DNA from: Oculina patagonica
Lineage: Eukaryota
DNA length: 64,000 bases
NCBI RefSeq assembly: GCF_052425735.1
Contig: NC_135761.1
Coordinates: forward strand, 9,052,001 to 9,116,000
Reading direction: 5' to 3'
A program made the position numbers and the translations under genes. Positions 62,237 to 64,000 of the stretch are shown in pieces. The notes beneath the pieces were generated by a model that worked only from the letters and a program-made list of their open reading frames with translations, searched no databases and had not been told where the DNA came from. How positions within the stretch are numbered: position 1 is the first letter of the stretch; the number at the start of each line of letters is the position of its first letter.

Positions 62237-63697
62237 TTAAGTGTCTCCCAGAAAAATAATAACAATTATTAAAGCACGTTTTAACACAAAATTAGCATTT
62301 TATTTTGCCCTCTAAAAATACAAACAGTTTGATGTCAACTTTTAAAACACATGTACAATCCATAAAAAATAACAGGTTACACCAATTAACCCAAACCCAG
62401 TCGGCCCGCAAAGTATCAGTCAGAGCATTAAACATGCAGAATTCTGTACAGCAAAATATAGCCTGCTGAATATTTATAAAATAACCAGTGTTGTTTCACA
62501 AAAAATTCATACTGCCCCACCCCCACTCTGCAAATTCCAATGACCATCCCGTTGGGGTTGGTATAGACATTTCTGGAACAGGACAATGTCAAAATCAGCT
62601 GTAATAAATAATTTTGTTTTGATCAAATTATATAACATAATTTACAATATATTTTCCATAACGTTTTAGACACCTCTTCACTGCAAATTCCCAATCATTT
62701 CTGAAAAACAAAATCATCATTAGATAGTAGGTAGTTCTTTTAGTTCCTTTCAAAAGTGCTTGTTGACACATTCTGTATATTATTTTATAAATACTTAGAA
62801 TGATTTATCCACTACAATGGTAACAGAGTATCTATACTCTTTGTGCCAAAAGTTGATCTGTAGTGAGAGAAATAATTATTATTGCATGAACCAATTCCCA
62901 AAACTTGCTATACGGCATATTTGGGTATTAATATCATTTATTTTATACCTCTACTTAATAAATACTAAAACCATAATTATGTACAATTTTTTCCCTTTTC
63001 CTTGCCTGTTATACGGCAGTGTTATTGGCCTTAATGTACACATTAGCATGCCCAGATTTTGGTGGCTGTCTAAACAGCATTCTACTGCAGTGTTGATTAA
63101 TTAGCTTAGTCACAATAAATAAATCTTTAGTTCAAAATAATACGGAAAAAGACTTTTTTCCAATATGGCAATATTTTTTTACAAAATTAATTATATTAAG
63201 GGTATGTTTTCTTCTTTTAGCAGTTTACTGGCCTTAGGAGAGAAAAAAGTTTCTACTCCCAAAATCAGAGCAATACACTAATAAGAAGCTGTGCTAATGA
63301 GGTCATCTTATAAATTAATTAAAGTACAAAATCTGACTCAACATTGCCCATCATCAAAATGCAATATTAAAGACTGAACTGTCTCATTGTTTTCATCGCA
63401 CAGCGCTTTTCCTATAAGCAACACAGGAATCATTTGCATCCTCTTTGACATTTTTACATCCTCTTTTCAATATAAAGTTAATTACACAACCTGGTCTAAC
63501 CATGTCTGTCAATCAAGTTATGCCTAATTCACATGACCTGTCATTATTGTCATAACTTTTCTATTTACATGCAAAGGAAAATAATACTGCATATATATTA
63601 CTTTTATACTCCACTCTTCAATTTTACATATAACTGTACATTTTAAGTTTTTTTTAAGTTCCATTCACAAAATTTTCCCTTCACAGCAGCTCATAAT

Positions 63698-63920
63698 TTA
63701 CTTCCAGTTCCACGGAATGCTGATATGTCCATCTTCATTAACGTGATAATATTTGGATACTATGAGAGTTGCATTGTTCAGGTCAGGGTAATCTTGCTTG
63801 CTTAATCTCTCACAACAATCACTCATTTGAAGCGGAGACACTGAGCTATCTTTAGATAGCAAAGACAACTTAAATTTATCTTTGCAGGCCTGAACTGCTT
63901 TGTCTTCTGTTACCATGTTC
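63698..63920 (-). CDS. TCAIM: Terminal coding exon of a TCAIM-like gene (T-cell activation inhibitor, mitochondrial); the rest lies beyond the window
   Basis: Acceptor TTTTTTAG at 63922-63921. C-terminal peptide LSKDSSVSPLQMSDCCERL...YYHVNEDGHISIPWNWK resembles the TCAIM C-terminus (DG.xIPWNWK), recognised from memory. Confidence 0.75.
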
Positions 63921-64000
63921 CTAAAAAAAGGAATAAATTCAAGTCAATAAAAGTTTCATTTACTGTAATTTACAATTTTGAGCAGGTTCCCTAAGGGGGG

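Overview
AT-rich, intron-rich animal genomic DNA. The SINE/MITE repertoire suggests a stony coral or other anthozoan, which is inference. I assembled six protein-coding loci by hand from GT-AG boundaries: (1) a Cappuccino/FMN-type formin with an N-terminal DEP domain (+, about 9.5-19.1 kb); (2) a single-exon orphan with an MGC acylation motif (-, 24.7-25.6 kb); (3) a complete 16-exon VPS35 (-, 30.4-43.6 kb) with a U12-type intron; (4) an intronless ABCB9/TAP-like half transporter head-to-head with VPS35 (+, 44.0-46.4 kb); (5) a complete 17-exon anillin (+, 49.3-60.0 kb); (6) the last exon of a TCAIM-like gene (-). Introns and intergenic DNA carry many MITEs, tRNA-derived SINEs and a truncated LINE. 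The most unusual object is a 333-bp insertion in an anillin intron. It holds the 3' half of a mature tRNA-Leu, with CCA and apparent modification-induced substitutions, between two LTR-like direct repeats and is flanked by a 5-bp duplication. A second tRNA-bearing element has an inverted tail-to-head junction that suggests a circular or tandem template.
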